Positions 49,546-59,085 of a stretch of 64,000 nucleotides of DNA are shown piece after piece. The DNA is from an uncultured Gemmatimonadales bacterium (GTDB taxonomy: Bacteria; Gemmatimonadota; Gemmatimonadetes; Gemmatimonadales; Gemmatimonadaceae), in assembly GCA_963701965.1 (NCBI GenBank), contig OY969695.1:1312001-1376000 (forward strand), in the 5' to 3' direction. A program made the position numbers and the translations under genes. How positions within the stretch are numbered: position 1 is the stretch's first letter; the number at the start of each line of letters is the position of its first letter. The notes beneath the pieces were generated by a model. The model was not told the DNA's origin and did no database searches. It was given only the letters and a program-made list of their open reading frames with translations.

Positions 49546-50877
49546 TCACCGTCCCGTAGCCGTGTAGGTGACGCGCCAGACGCGTCCGCCCTTGTCGTCG
49601 GTGATGAACAGCGCGCCGTCCGGCGCGACGGCGAGGCCCGTCGGGCGATGGGCGGCCTGGTCGGGTTGCTTGATCGCGCCGGCGAAACCATCGGCGAACG
49701 TCTCGTACGCGCCTGACGGCGCCGCGTCGGCGAACGGCTGGAACACGACGTTGTACCCTTCCTGCGGACCGACCATGCGGTTCCACGACCCGTGGAACGC
49801 GACGAACGCGCCGCCCTTGTAGTGCGACGGGAACATCGCGCCCGAGTAGAACACGAGGCCATCCGGCGCCCAGTGCGCGGGGAAAAACGCGCCGGGCGCC
49901 GCTTTGTTCGCACACACGCCCACTTTCTTCCCACCGTCACCGCCATACTCCGGCGCGAGCACGAGCTTCTTTTGCGTGCCGTCGAAGTAGCACTCCGGCC
50001 AACCGAAGTCCGCGTTGGCCGTGAGGTGCATCAGTTCTTCGGCCGGGAGCTCGGCGCTCTGCTGCAGCGTGTACAACTTGGGGAAGTTGTCGCCGAGCTG
50101 GTCGCGGCCGTGCTGCGTGGACCACAGCGACCCATCCGCCGGATCGATCGCAATGCCGACCGCGTTGCGGAGGCCTGTCGCGAATCGCCCCGCTGACGAG
50201 AACCGCTGGCCCGTCTTGTTGGCATCGAATTTCCAGACGCCGCCCCGCCGTCGCAGCTCGGTGCACGGGTTGTGGCCGGGGGAGTTGGTCGTGCGGTTGG
50301 CGAGCTGGCACGAGTTGGACGCCGAACCCAGGTCGACGTAGAGCGCGCCGCTGGAATCGATGACGAACGGGTGCATCGGGTGATCGCCATCGAGCGGCAT
50401 ATCGGACACGATGGTCTCGGCCGTTGTATCCGGGCGCAAGCTTCCGTCGCGCATATGATACCGCACGATCAGCGGACCGGCCTCGGCGTACACATAGCCC
50501 TTGTATAGCGCGATGCCGGTGCCCCCGGTGCCGCCGGACGCCGGCGTCGGACCGAATCGCATGACCGAGTCAGCGACGCCGCTATGCTTGTCGTCGCGCA
50601 GCGCGACGAGAAACCCGCCGGCCGGCGGTCCTGAGAGAAAGTACTTGCCGCTCCACGTGTTGACGTACACGTCGCCGTTGGAGGCGACGACGATGTCGCG
50701 CGGATGGCCGAGGCTGTCGGCAAAGACCGTCGCGCAGAACCCGGGCGGCAACGTGATCCCGCCACTGTTGGTCGGACAGGAGCCTTCCGGCGGCACGCCG
50801 GCCGACTTGGCCTCCTGTGACCCTTCATTGCCTTTGTTGCAGGCCAGCGCCAGCAGTACGACGGCCCATACGCGCAT
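49546..50877 (-). CDS. Glucose/sorbosone dehydrogenase-family beta-propeller lipoprotein
   Basis: ALAC lipobox, FATGLRNAVG, HGRDQL, DFGWPECY, AHWAP, AFHGSWNR, RPTGLAVAPDGALFITDD. Confidence 0.88.
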   Translation of the reverse strand: MRVWAVVLLALACNKGNEGSQEAKSAGVPPEGSCPTNSGGITLPPGFCATVFADSLGHPRDIVVASNGDVYVNTWSGKYFLSGPPAGGFLVALRDDKHSGVADSVMRFGPTPASGGTGGTGIALYKGYVYAEAGPLIVRYHMRDGSLRPDTTAETIVSDMPLDGDHPMHPFVIDSSGALYVDLGSASNSCQLANRTTNSPGHNPCTELRRRGGVWKFDANKTGQRFSSAGRFATGLRNAVGIAIDPADGSLWSTQHGRDQLGDNFPKLYTLQQSAELPAEELMHLTANADFGWPECYFDGTQKKLVLAPEYGGDGGKKVGVCANKAAPGAFFPAHWAPDGLVFYSGAMFPSHYKGGAFVAFHGSWNRMVGPQEGYNVVFQPFADAAPSGAYETFADGFAGAIKQPDQAAHRPTGLAVAPDGALFITDDKGGRVWRVTYTATGR

Positions 50878-50882
50878 GCGGA

Positions 50883-51788
50883 TCACGGCATCCTCCACAG
50901 TTCGAATCGATTCGCGACCAACGATACAATGCCCACCTGATGCCGCCGCGTGTCCATCGACACATCGGCCGGCGGGGCCAGCCCGCCAATGCGTCGCACC
51001 AGCATCTTGCCTTCCAGCGTCGAGACGCTCGAATCGTTCCAGCTGGTGACGAGCACCATCCCGTCCGGTTCGATTTCGATGCCGTCGAAGCGGCCCTTGC
51101 CCGGCGCGACATCGGTGGGAGCCGCGGCCCCGGGCCGCCATTCCTGCACGGCCATGCCGCCGAATGGCGCCAGAAGGACTCAATGGTGTTGCCGATCCCA
51201 GTCGATGCCGTCGGGCAACGTCAGCGCCGCCGTCTCCAGCGCGACCACAGGCTTTCGGTCGCGGCCGACGTGATAAATGCGGTCGGGACCGGTGTGCTGG
51301 CTCTTGCCATCGGCCCCCACCTTGACGCCGGTGTCGGTGATATAGAAATCGTCGTCCGACCCGAGGGCCACATCGTTCAGAAACAGCGCATGGAGCGGCG
51401 CGAAATCGACCGTGGCCAGTGGAGCGCCGGTGCGGGCGTCGAACGCGCGCAGGACATCAATGTCAAGAACCCATAGGGTGTCGCCCTTGACGCGCGAGCC
51501 CATTGGGCCGTTGAGCGTCACACCGCCACGGCCGCCCTGAATGAAGTGCAGATTGTCGACCTGACCGTCGCGCCCGCGGATGCGTGAAATGAATCCGTTG
51601 TTGTCCTTGACGCCGGCATTACCGTTGATGTTACTCACAAAGTAACAATCCTGCGCGGCATCGTAACTGAGCGCCTCCGGCTGCGCGAGACCTTCACTCA
51701 CGGTCGCCACGCGTACAGGCGGGGGCGGCGGGGCCGGCGCGGCGATCAGCAGGACTCCGGCCGCTCCCACTACGGCGCGTATCATCAT
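50883..51788 (-). pseudogene. SMP-30/gluconolactonase-family secreted beta-propeller with an in-frame TGA
   Basis: PEAL...FVSNING...DNNGFIS, LFLNDV, PDGI, FDGIE. Reads WDRQHH-TGA(51180-51182)-VLLAPFGG in one frame. Confidence 0.75.
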
Positions 51789-51844
51789 GTCGCAGGTATC
51801 CTCAATGGCTGGCTGACGTTCCTACGGCGCGTATCTTTGCCCGC

Positions 51845-52738
51845 ATGCCGGATCGACGCTACCACTACTATACCGTCGACGTCTTCGCCGAACGGCCGTT
51901 CGAGGGCAATCCGCTCGCGGTCGTGGTGGACGCCCGCGGGCTGGACACGTCAACTATGCAGGCGGTCGCGGCGGAGTTCAACTACGCCGAGTCCACGTTC
52001 ATCCTGCCCCCGCGCGATGCGGCGCACACCGCGCAGGTGCGCATCTTCACGCCGCGCGAAGAAGTGCCGTTCGCCGGCCACCCCAACGTCGGCACGGGTT
52101 TTCTCCTCGGCACGTTGGGCACGTGTCTGGGGCGGCCGCTGGGAACGACGCTCACGTTCGAGGAGCATGCGGGCGTGGTGCCCGTGGAGCTCGTGATCGA
52201 GAACGGCGCCACGGTTGGCGCGACGTTGACGGCGCCGGAACCGCTCACGCTCGGCGCCACGCCACCGGTCGACGTGGTGGCGGCGGCCGTGTTCCTCGAT
52301 GCGCCGGACATCATCACGCAGCGGCACGCGCCGGTCGTGGCGTCCGTCGGCTTGCCGTTTCTCATGGTCGAGTTGGCCTCTCGCGATGGGCTCCGCCGGG
52401 CGCGGCCCAACGTCGCCGCCCTCGGCGCGTTGCTGCACGACACGAAAGCGACCGGGATCCACCTGTACACCCGCGCCACCGATCGCTCGGCGGACATCTA
52501 CTGCCGGATGTTCGCTCCCGAAGCCGGCGTGTTCGAGGATCCGGCGACGGGCAGCGCCAACGCCGCTCTCACCGCTCTGCTGGCCACGCGCGACACGGTG
52601 CCCGGTGCCCTGTCGCTCCGGATCGCGCAGGGCATCGAGATGGGTCGTCCGAGTTTGCTCCTCACGGAAGTGCGCGACGCGCGCGTACGCGTCTCGGGAC
52701 GGTGCGCCTTGGTCATGCAGGGGACCCTTACGCTCTAG
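51845..52738 (+). CDS. PhzF-family isomerase
   Basis: VDVF...GNPLAVV, ESTF, RIFTP.EVPFAGHP, EDPATGSA, QGIEMGRPS. Confidence 0.93.
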   Translation: MPDRRYHYYTVDVFAERPFEGNPLAVVVDARGLDTSTMQAVAAEFNYAESTFILPPRDAAHTAQVRIFTPREEVPFAGHPNVGTGFLLGTLGTCLGRPLGTTLTFEEHAGVVPVELVIENGATVGATLTAPEPLTLGATPPVDVVAAAVFLDAPDIITQRHAPVVASVGLPFLMVELASRDGLRRARPNVAALGALLHDTKATGIHLYTRATDRSADIYCRMFAPEAGVFEDPATGSANAALTALLATRDTVPGALSLRIAQGIEMGRPSLLLTEVRDARVRVSGRCALVMQGTLTL

Positions 52739-52840
52739 CAGAACGCTGAAGAACGCGCCTGCTCGAGCGCAAGTCGGTTGCACTGAGCTCCGCTGCGCGG
52801 AGCTCTAGCGATCCCATCGGGTTTGGGCCAGAATTGTCCC

Positions 52841-54151
52841 ATGACTCGATCCCTGGCCCTTCTCGCCGCGGCGACCCTCGCCGCGTGCAGCCATTCCGCG
52901 CCCGTCACCAACTCGTCAAGCGCACCGGGTAATGTGCGCATCGGCATGGTTCGCGATGCGGCCCTGGCCGGTGCCCTCGCCGACATCTCGCCGGACCGCA
53001 TCCGCGCGACCGATTCCACCCTCGCGCACTTCGGCACGCGCCACACCATGAGCGACACGCTCTCCGACTCGCGCGGCGTCGGGGCGGCGCGCCGCTGGAT
53101 CTACGCGACGCTCTCGGCGGAGTCGCGCGAGTGCGGCGGCTGCCTCCGCATCGAGTACGATCCAGCCATGATCACGGTCCAGCGCGCGCCGCAGAAACCC
53201 ACGGTGAACGTCGTCAACGTGCTCGCCTGGCTTCCCGGGCGTGACACGACGCGCGTGATCGTGATGGGCGGGCACTACGACTCGTGCCGTTGCTCGATCA
53301 ATGGCTTCGACGGCACGAACGAGGCTCCGGGGGCCGATGACGACGGCTCGGGCACGTCGGCGGTCATGGAGATGGCGCGCGTGTTCTCGCGGCGATTCCC
53401 GAAAGGGTTCGATGCGACCGTGGTGTTCGCGATCTACGCGGGCGAGGAGCAAGGCCTCCTCGGCTCCACGCACCTGGCCGAGCGACTTCACAAGCAGGGA
53501 TATCATGTGGTGGCGGGGATGACCGACGACATCGTCGGCAACGTCACGGCCGAAGACGGCCGCGTAGACTCGACGTCGATCCGCATATTCTCCGCGGACC
53601 CGGACAATGGGCCCAGCCGCGAGCTGGGACGCTACGTGTGGGGCCTGGGCGCGATCTACGAGCCGGACTTCCAGGTGCTCCCCGTCTTTCGCACCGACCG
53701 CATTCACCGCGGCGGCGACCACATGCCCTTTGTCACCGCGGGCGACGCGGGCCTCCGGTTCACGGAGCGCCTGGAGAACTACACGCGCCAGCATCTGCCG
53801 ACGGACGATTTCGCCCACGTGAACTTCGGCTACATCGCGCGCGTCGCGCGGCTCAACGCCGCCACGGTCGGCGCGCTGGCGTCGGCGCCGGCGACGCCGG
53901 ACAGCGTAGTCGCGGCGCGCGATCGCGCGTCCGGCGGCCAGAGTTGGGAGCTGACGTGGAAGCCGGTGCGGGACGCCGCGCGCTACGAAGTGCTCATCCG
54001 CACGACGACGTCGCCGACCTATCAGCGCGTGTTCGACGCGGGCCCGACGCCGCACTTCGCCCTGGCCGACCAGCTGGACGACTACTCGGTCGGCGTCCGG
54101 TCCGTGGGCGCGGACGGCGCGCGTTCGCTCGCGGCGGCGGCCCCGCGATAG
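52841..54151 (+). CDS. M28-family metallopeptidase lipoprotein
   Basis: LAAC lipobox, FGTRHT, GHYDS, APGADDDGSG, AGEEQGL, RGGDH. Confidence 0.9.
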   Translation: MTRSLALLAAATLAACSHSAPVTNSSSAPGNVRIGMVRDAALAGALADISPDRIRATDSTLAHFGTRHTMSDTLSDSRGVGAARRWIYATLSAESRECGGCLRIEYDPAMITVQRAPQKPTVNVVNVLAWLPGRDTTRVIVMGGHYDSCRCSINGFDGTNEAPGADDDGSGTSAVMEMARVFSRRFPKGFDATVVFAIYAGEEQGLLGSTHLAERLHKQGYHVVAGMTDDIVGNVTAEDGRVDSTSIRIFSADPDNGPSRELGRYVWGLGAIYEPDFQVLPVFRTDRIHRGGDHMPFVTAGDAGLRFTERLENYTRQHLPTDDFAHVNFGYIARVARLNAATVGALASAPATPDSVVAARDRASGGQSWELTWKPVRDAARYEVLIRTTTSPTYQRVFDAGPTPHFALADQLDDYSVGVRSVGADGARSLAAAAPR

Positions 54152-54155
54152 GGCC

Positions 54156-54194
54156 CTCTCGATAGTTGCCTCAGGCAACTATCGAGAGTATATT
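54156..54194 (+). promoter_or_regulatory. 33-bp perfect palindrome overlapping the promoter of the MarR-GNAT gene
   Basis: CTCTCGATAGTTGCCT-C-AGGCAACTATCGAGAG (54156-54188); TTGCCT-17 bp-TATATT, with GTG 6 nt downstream. Confidence 0.8.
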
Positions 54195-54200
54195 GCGGGC

Positions 54201-55145
54201 GTGTCCGCCAATGCCATTCAGGCGCTGCGCCAGTTCAATCGCTTTTACACGCGCACCATCGGCGTGCTGCAGGAAGGGCTGCTGGGGAGTCCGTTCTCGC
54301 TGACGGAGGTGCGCGTGCTCTATGAGCTCGCGCACCAGCAGGATGTCACGGCGACGACGCTCATCGAGACCCTGCGGCTGGATGCGGGTTACATGAGCCG
54401 GCTCCTCAGCGCCCTCGAGCGCCGGCGGCTCATTCGCCGGCAGCGGTCGGCGGCGGACGGCCGGCAGAGCATCATTCGGTTGACGCCGGACGGCGCCAAG
54501 ACGTTTGCGGCGCTCGACCGCCGGCAGGACGAGGAAGTGTCGGCGCTGTTGGGGGCGGTCTCTCCCGCTGATCAGGCGCGTCTGTGTCAGGCCGTGCGCA
54601 CGGTCGAGCGCGTCCTCGGCGGGCCGGACGCGTCCGCCGAGCCCGAGGCGTTTCGCATCCGATCCCACCGCCCGGGCGACATGGGGTGGGTCGTGCACCG
54701 CCACGGCGTCCTGTACGCCGAGGAGTACGGCTGGGACGAGCGGTTCGAGGCGCTGGTGGCCAAGATCGTGGCCGAGTTCATCGAGCATTTCGATCCGGCG
54801 CGCGAGCGGTGCTGGATCGCGGAGCGCGACGGTCCGGATGGTCCCGAGATGGTGGGCTCGATCTTTCTCGTGCGGCAGTCGGAGACCGTCGGAAAGCTGC
54901 GACTGCTCCTCGTGGAGCCCTCGGCACGCGGCCTGGGTGTGGCGACGAGGCTCGTGGACGATCTGCTCGCGTTCGCGCGTGAGGTCGGGTACCAGCGGAT
55001 CACGCTCTGGACGCAAAGCAATCTGGATGCCGCGCGGCGCGTCTACCAGCGCGCAGGCTTCCAGCTCGCCGGCGAGGAACCCCACCACAGCTTTGGCCAC
55101 GCCCTCGTGGCCCAAACCTGGGAGCGCGCGACTACAGCCCGCTGA
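54201..55145 (+). CDS. Bifunctional MarR-HTH / GNAT acetyltransferase
   Basis: RQFNRFYTRTIG, SLTEVRVLYEL, LDAGYMSR; GDMGWVVHRHG, LRLLLVEPSARGLG. Confidence 0.93.
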   Translation: MSANAIQALRQFNRFYTRTIGVLQEGLLGSPFSLTEVRVLYELAHQQDVTATTLIETLRLDAGYMSRLLSALERRRLIRRQRSAADGRQSIIRLTPDGAKTFAALDRRQDEEVSALLGAVSPADQARLCQAVRTVERVLGGPDASAEPEAFRIRSHRPGDMGWVVHRHGVLYAEEYGWDERFEALVAKIVAEFIEHFDPARERCWIAERDGPDGPEMVGSIFLVRQSETVGKLRLLLVEPSARGLGVATRLVDDLLAFAREVGYQRITLWTQSNLDAARRVYQRAGFQLAGEEPHHSFGHALVAQTWERATTAR

Positions 55146-55171
55146 TATCGCTCCGGTGCACGAGGGTCGTG

Positions 55172-56417
55172 TCACCGAGATAGAATGAGCTGAATCCCCG
55201 ACATGTACGTACGCGCGGCGCGCTGGATGTCCGCTGCGTGCACGCGGAGGATGGCCTGCATTGATGTTTCCGCGTTTCGGTAGTCGCCCTGATAGATCTG
55301 CGCCTCTCCCAGGCTCGCGGCCTGAGCCGAACAGGATGCGGTCGATGCCAGGTCATCGGCCACGAACTCCCGTTCGTACCTCGAGACTTGGTCCGGCTGT
55401 AAGATGTTCGATTTCAGGTCGGCGACCTCCCGGCCAATGAGGATCATGACATCCCGTGGCGCTCCGGACGTCGCGTAGATGCCGCCCGTCGCAACGGCGC
55501 GCGGCATGTATGGCGCGTACGCGGAGTACGACAAGTTGTACCGACGCCGAATCTGATCGTACAGCCGGCTGCCCAGCCACATGGTCGCCACGTGGAAGGC
55601 CTGGTAATCCTTGCTGGTGACTGGAGGCCCTTGAAAGTAGCCGAGGATGGAGTTCGTCAACGTGGGTCGTTGCACCAACGTCAGCGTTGTGGCGTTCACC
55701 GCGGCCAGAGGCGGCGGCCGCCAGCTGTACGTACCAGTCGGCAGGCTCCCTAATGTCGCGGACACAGCTCGTTCGACTGTCGCGCGACTCACGTTTCCAA
55801 CGATCACCAACAGCATGCGCGACGTAACAAACTGATCGTGGGCATACTGGCGAACCGCCGCCGCCGTGAGCGTCGCGAGGGAGCGTTCGTCTCCTTTCGG
55901 GTCCAGCCCGTACGGATGCCCAGCGAACGCGGCGCTATCGGCCAGCCACTCGATCGCACCATTCGGCCCGATCCGACTCCCGCGCGCGTCGACCATCATC
56001 CGCCGGCGGACGATCGCAATCGACGTCGAATCGAGCGTTGGGTGCACCAGGCGATCGGCGAACACGTCCCAGGTCGAATCGAACTGCGCGGGCAGTGCGC
56101 GGAAACCGATCAGCGTCCAGTCGCTGGCAGCCTCCAGGACCTCTTCGCTGCCGGTGTGCGCCATAGCCTCGCTCCAGCGCGGACCGGGGAAGTGTTCGGT
56201 ACCGTATTGGCCGGCGCGCAGTGCGAGCAGCTCGATTCCCGCTGTCCGTGCCGTGAGCTGCTGCGTGCCGCCCAACAGATAGAGGTTGACGGCGACGACC
56301 GGCGCGGTCGATCTCAGAATGTTGAATCACGTGCACGCCACCGACCGTATAGTCGACCGTGGAGGTATCGACCGGCCCGGCCAAGGCACCGAAAAGGGCG
56401 AGCGACGCGAACATCAC
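55172..56417 (-). pseudogene. M16-family peptidase, second (probably non-catalytic) subunit, frameshifted near 56310
   Basis: Signal peptide (VMFASLALF), then VVAVNLYLLGG, HPYG, LLVIVGNV, LSYSAY in another frame. Confidence 0.7.
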
Positions 56418-57360
56418 GGTTGGTCCGGATGGAGTGCCGTCACGAACTGAGCGACGTCGGATTTCAAGGCGTTCGCTGTGCCTTTTGGCGCGAGCAGACC
56501 CACGGAGGTTGGCTGGTCGGCAATGTAACGCGCGGCATATGCCGCGAGCATCTTCCCGTCGACCGTGCGCAAGTGGTCGGCGTAGCCAATGTAGTACTCG
56601 AGACTCGCCGCGCTCCACCAGAAGGCGAGCGTGCGCGCGACGTATGTAGCTTGGTCGAACTCGAGCGCCCGAGCGAGACCGCGGGCGCGCTGCGCATCGG
56701 AGACTGCCGCGTCGGTGTACCCGTCTTGGGTCGCCAGCCGACCGAGCTCCGCCCAAAGTGCGGTCAACGCGTGGGGCAAACTGTCGACCGTCGTGTGGGC
56801 GCTCAGTGTGATGGGACCTACATGGGACTGCGTGTAATAGCTCATGCGGCACGACGTGAACAGTCCGGTGTCGACCAGAATGTCGTTGGAAAGCGGATCC
56901 CGGCGTGTTCGCAATGCTGGAGAGCACATCGGCGGTGTACGTATCGTCGGTGCTTGGACCGATGCTCGGTCCCTGCCACTTCATGGTAAGCACAATGTCG
57001 CTGACATCGCCCTCCATGATCACGGCGGCGCTCTTGGTCAGTGGGCCAGTCGGCGGGGTCACAGTTCCCGCGAAAGGATCAGCTGCCCGACTCCAATGCC
57101 CGAAATGTGTGCGCGCGCTGTTAAAGACGTCGGCTGGGAGGACGTCGCCGCTGACGATGACCGCGGAGTTGTTCGGGATGTAGTACTGCTTGAAAATCTG
57201 AGTCAGGCGAGTCGTGGTGGCGGACTGAATCGATAACGCCTCGCCGATCGTGTTCTTGCGTCCCCACGACGTCGTCCAGAGTTGTCGGTCCACCCTTTGA
57301 TTGAGCTGTACCCGCGGGGCCTGGGTCCCCCAAGTGAGTCCGAGCTAGCGCGTCAGTTTG

Positions 57361-58206
57361 TCAGCGCGGGGTTCGAGGGTGGTGACTGCCAGCGCTCCAA
57401 TATCGCGCTGGGGGATTCAACCCCAAACTGGTATGGGGTCGGTGGTTGTTGTAGTCCTCGCGCCAGGCTTCCAGCTCGATCCGGGCTTCCGCGAGGGATG
57501 CGAACCAATGACGCGTGAGACACTCACGCCGCAGGCTCCCGTTGAACGCCTCGCAGACGCTGTTGTCCACCGGCTTGCCCGGCCGACTGAAGTCGAGTTG
57601 CACGCGGTTCCAGTACGCCCAGTGATCGAGCGCGGTCGACGTGAACTCGGTCCCGTTGTCGCACTGGATGACCGGGGGCAGGGTGCCGCGTCGCTCCCCC
57701 GCCTCGGTCAGCAGCCGCGCGACATCGGTCCCGCGGAACCGTCCGGCGACGGCCAGCGCGACGCACTCGCGCGTGCACACGTCCACGAGCGTGAACACCC
57801 GGACCGTCTGGCCGGTCGCCAAGACGTCGTGCATGAAGTCCATCGCCCAGCGTTCGTTCGCCCGCGTGACGACAGCCCGGGGCTGGCGCACCGTGGCCGC
57901 ACGGCGTCGGCGGCGCCGCGGCTTGAGCTGGAGCCGTTCCTCGAGGTACAGACGGCGCGTCTTCTTGTGATTGATCGGCAGCCCGTCGCGGCGCAGCATG
58001 ACGTGCAATCGCTTCACTCCAAAGCTCGGCCGCGCCAGTGCCAGCTCGTGCAGCCGCCGGCGCACGGGCGCGTCATCCGGCTTCACCGACGTGTAGCGCA
58101 CCAGTGCGCGATGGACGACCAACGCGTGACACGCCCGCCGTTCGCTGACCTGGTAGGCCGACTGCGCCCAGCCGACCGCCTCGCGCCTGTGGGCTGGGCT
58201 CACCAT
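57361..58206 (-). CDS. IS3 transposase OrfB (DDE integrase core)
   Basis: WAMDF, CDNGTEF, PGKPVDN, EAFNGSLRRECL, YNNHRPHTSL. Confidence 0.95.
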   Translation of the reverse strand: MVSPAHRREAVGWAQSAYQVSERRACHALVVHRALVRYTSVKPDDAPVRRRLHELALARPSFGVKRLHVMLRRDGLPINHKKTRRLYLEERLQLKPRRRRRRAATVRQPRAVVTRANERWAMDFMHDVLATGQTVRVFTLVDVCTRECVALAVAGRFRGTDVARLLTEAGERRGTLPPVIQCDNGTEFTSTALDHWAYWNRVQLDFSRPGKPVDNSVCEAFNGSLRRECLTRHWFASLAEARIELEAWREDYNNHRPHTSLGLNPPARYWSAGSHHPRTPR

Positions 58207-58466
58207 TTTTTTCCCAGGGCGTCCCGGAGGATCGTCTTGTCCAGCGTGAGATCGGCGACCACCTGCTTCAATCGCCGGTTCTCTTCGCGCAGCTGCTTCA
58301 GCTCCCGGAGCTCGCTCACGTCCAGCCCCGCGTACTGCTTCTTCCAGCGATAGAACGTCGTCTCGGTCACGCCCAGCTTCCGGCAGATCTCGCCCACGAC
58401 GGTCCCGGCTTCTGCCTGCCGCAGCGCCTGCAGAATCTGCTCCGGGGTGAACTTACTCTTCCGCAT
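58200..58466 (-). CDS. IS3 transposase OrfA (HTH + leucine zipper)
   Basis: MRKSKFTPEQI...ICRKLGVTETTFYRWKKQY...LKQLREENRRLK. Confidence 0.95.
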   Translation of the reverse strand: MRKSKFTPEQILQALRQAEAGTVVGEICRKLGVTETTFYRWKKQYAGLDVSELRELKQLREENRRLKQVVADLTLDKTILRDALGKKW

Positions 58467-59085
58467 TCCTGGCCTCCTCCCGTTCGGGGAGTCTGGCCTC
58501 GAATCCCTACGCTGTCAAAACGGGACCGCCGCCGGACTCAGAATCCGGGACCCAGGCCGCGGATCCGATTCCGCGCGATGGAATCCGTCGAAGAAGACTT
58601 GTCGCTCCTGTTGGAGCTCGTCGTCGGTGAAGCGCGGGTCCCGGACCAATTCGGCGAGTGTCGTCATGACGTCATCGAAATGCTTTGACGGCGCGACGAT
58701 ATAATATGTGACGCCTTCGGTCGTGGTCCCGCCGCTGTACCGGCCGTCCATCTCCCCGACGCGCTGCTCAAAACTGCGCCCGTCGCCCTCGCGGTAGCTC
58801 TTGAAGAGCATGCGCTCGAACAGATGCGACACGCCTTCGTCGCCCTTCTCCTGGGTGAACGCGCCGGTGCGTACCGCCACGACCGCGGTGACCAGGGGCA
58901 CCGCGTGATTCTCGACGGCGATGACCTGGAGGCCGTTGGCGAGGGTGGTGTCGTGGATTGCACGCTCGAAGGCGCCACTTTGCGCGCCGAGCATCGGGGG
59001 GCACACGATGACGGCGAGTCCCGCTAGCAGACTGATCCGCATGGGGCACCAACCTAACACCGACCAGACAAAACGCAAACAACTG

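Larger units (their letters stand above)
57318..58558 (-). mobile_element. IS3-family insertion sequence (IS407-group-like), 1241 bp
   Basis: Imperfect terminal IRs GGCCTGGGTCCC-N5/6-TGAGTCCG at 57318-57342 and 58533-58558; 4-bp direct repeat GCGG at 57314-57317 and 58559-58562; orfA/orfB inside. Confidence 0.93.
56414..59042 (-). pseudogene. M16 (pitrilysin) peptidase interrupted by IS3, with HXXEH changed to HLFER and a frameshift near 56885
   Basis: TLANGLQVI...VPLV, GVSHLFERM, YYIPNNS, VSGD. Removing the IS and one target copy restores ...AESDPR-VQLNQRVDRQLW in frame. Confidence 0.85.

Noticed and set aside
51845..52738. Phenazine biosynthesis cluster
   Set aside because: The PhzF-family gene stands alone, with no phzA/B/D/E/G homologues.
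52739..52840. Intergenic hairpin GAGCTCCGC-TGC-GCGGAGCTC as an ncRNA or riboswitch
   Set aside because: A single stem with no recognisable aptamer and no U-tract. May be a terminator or REP-like element; no second copy seen in the window.
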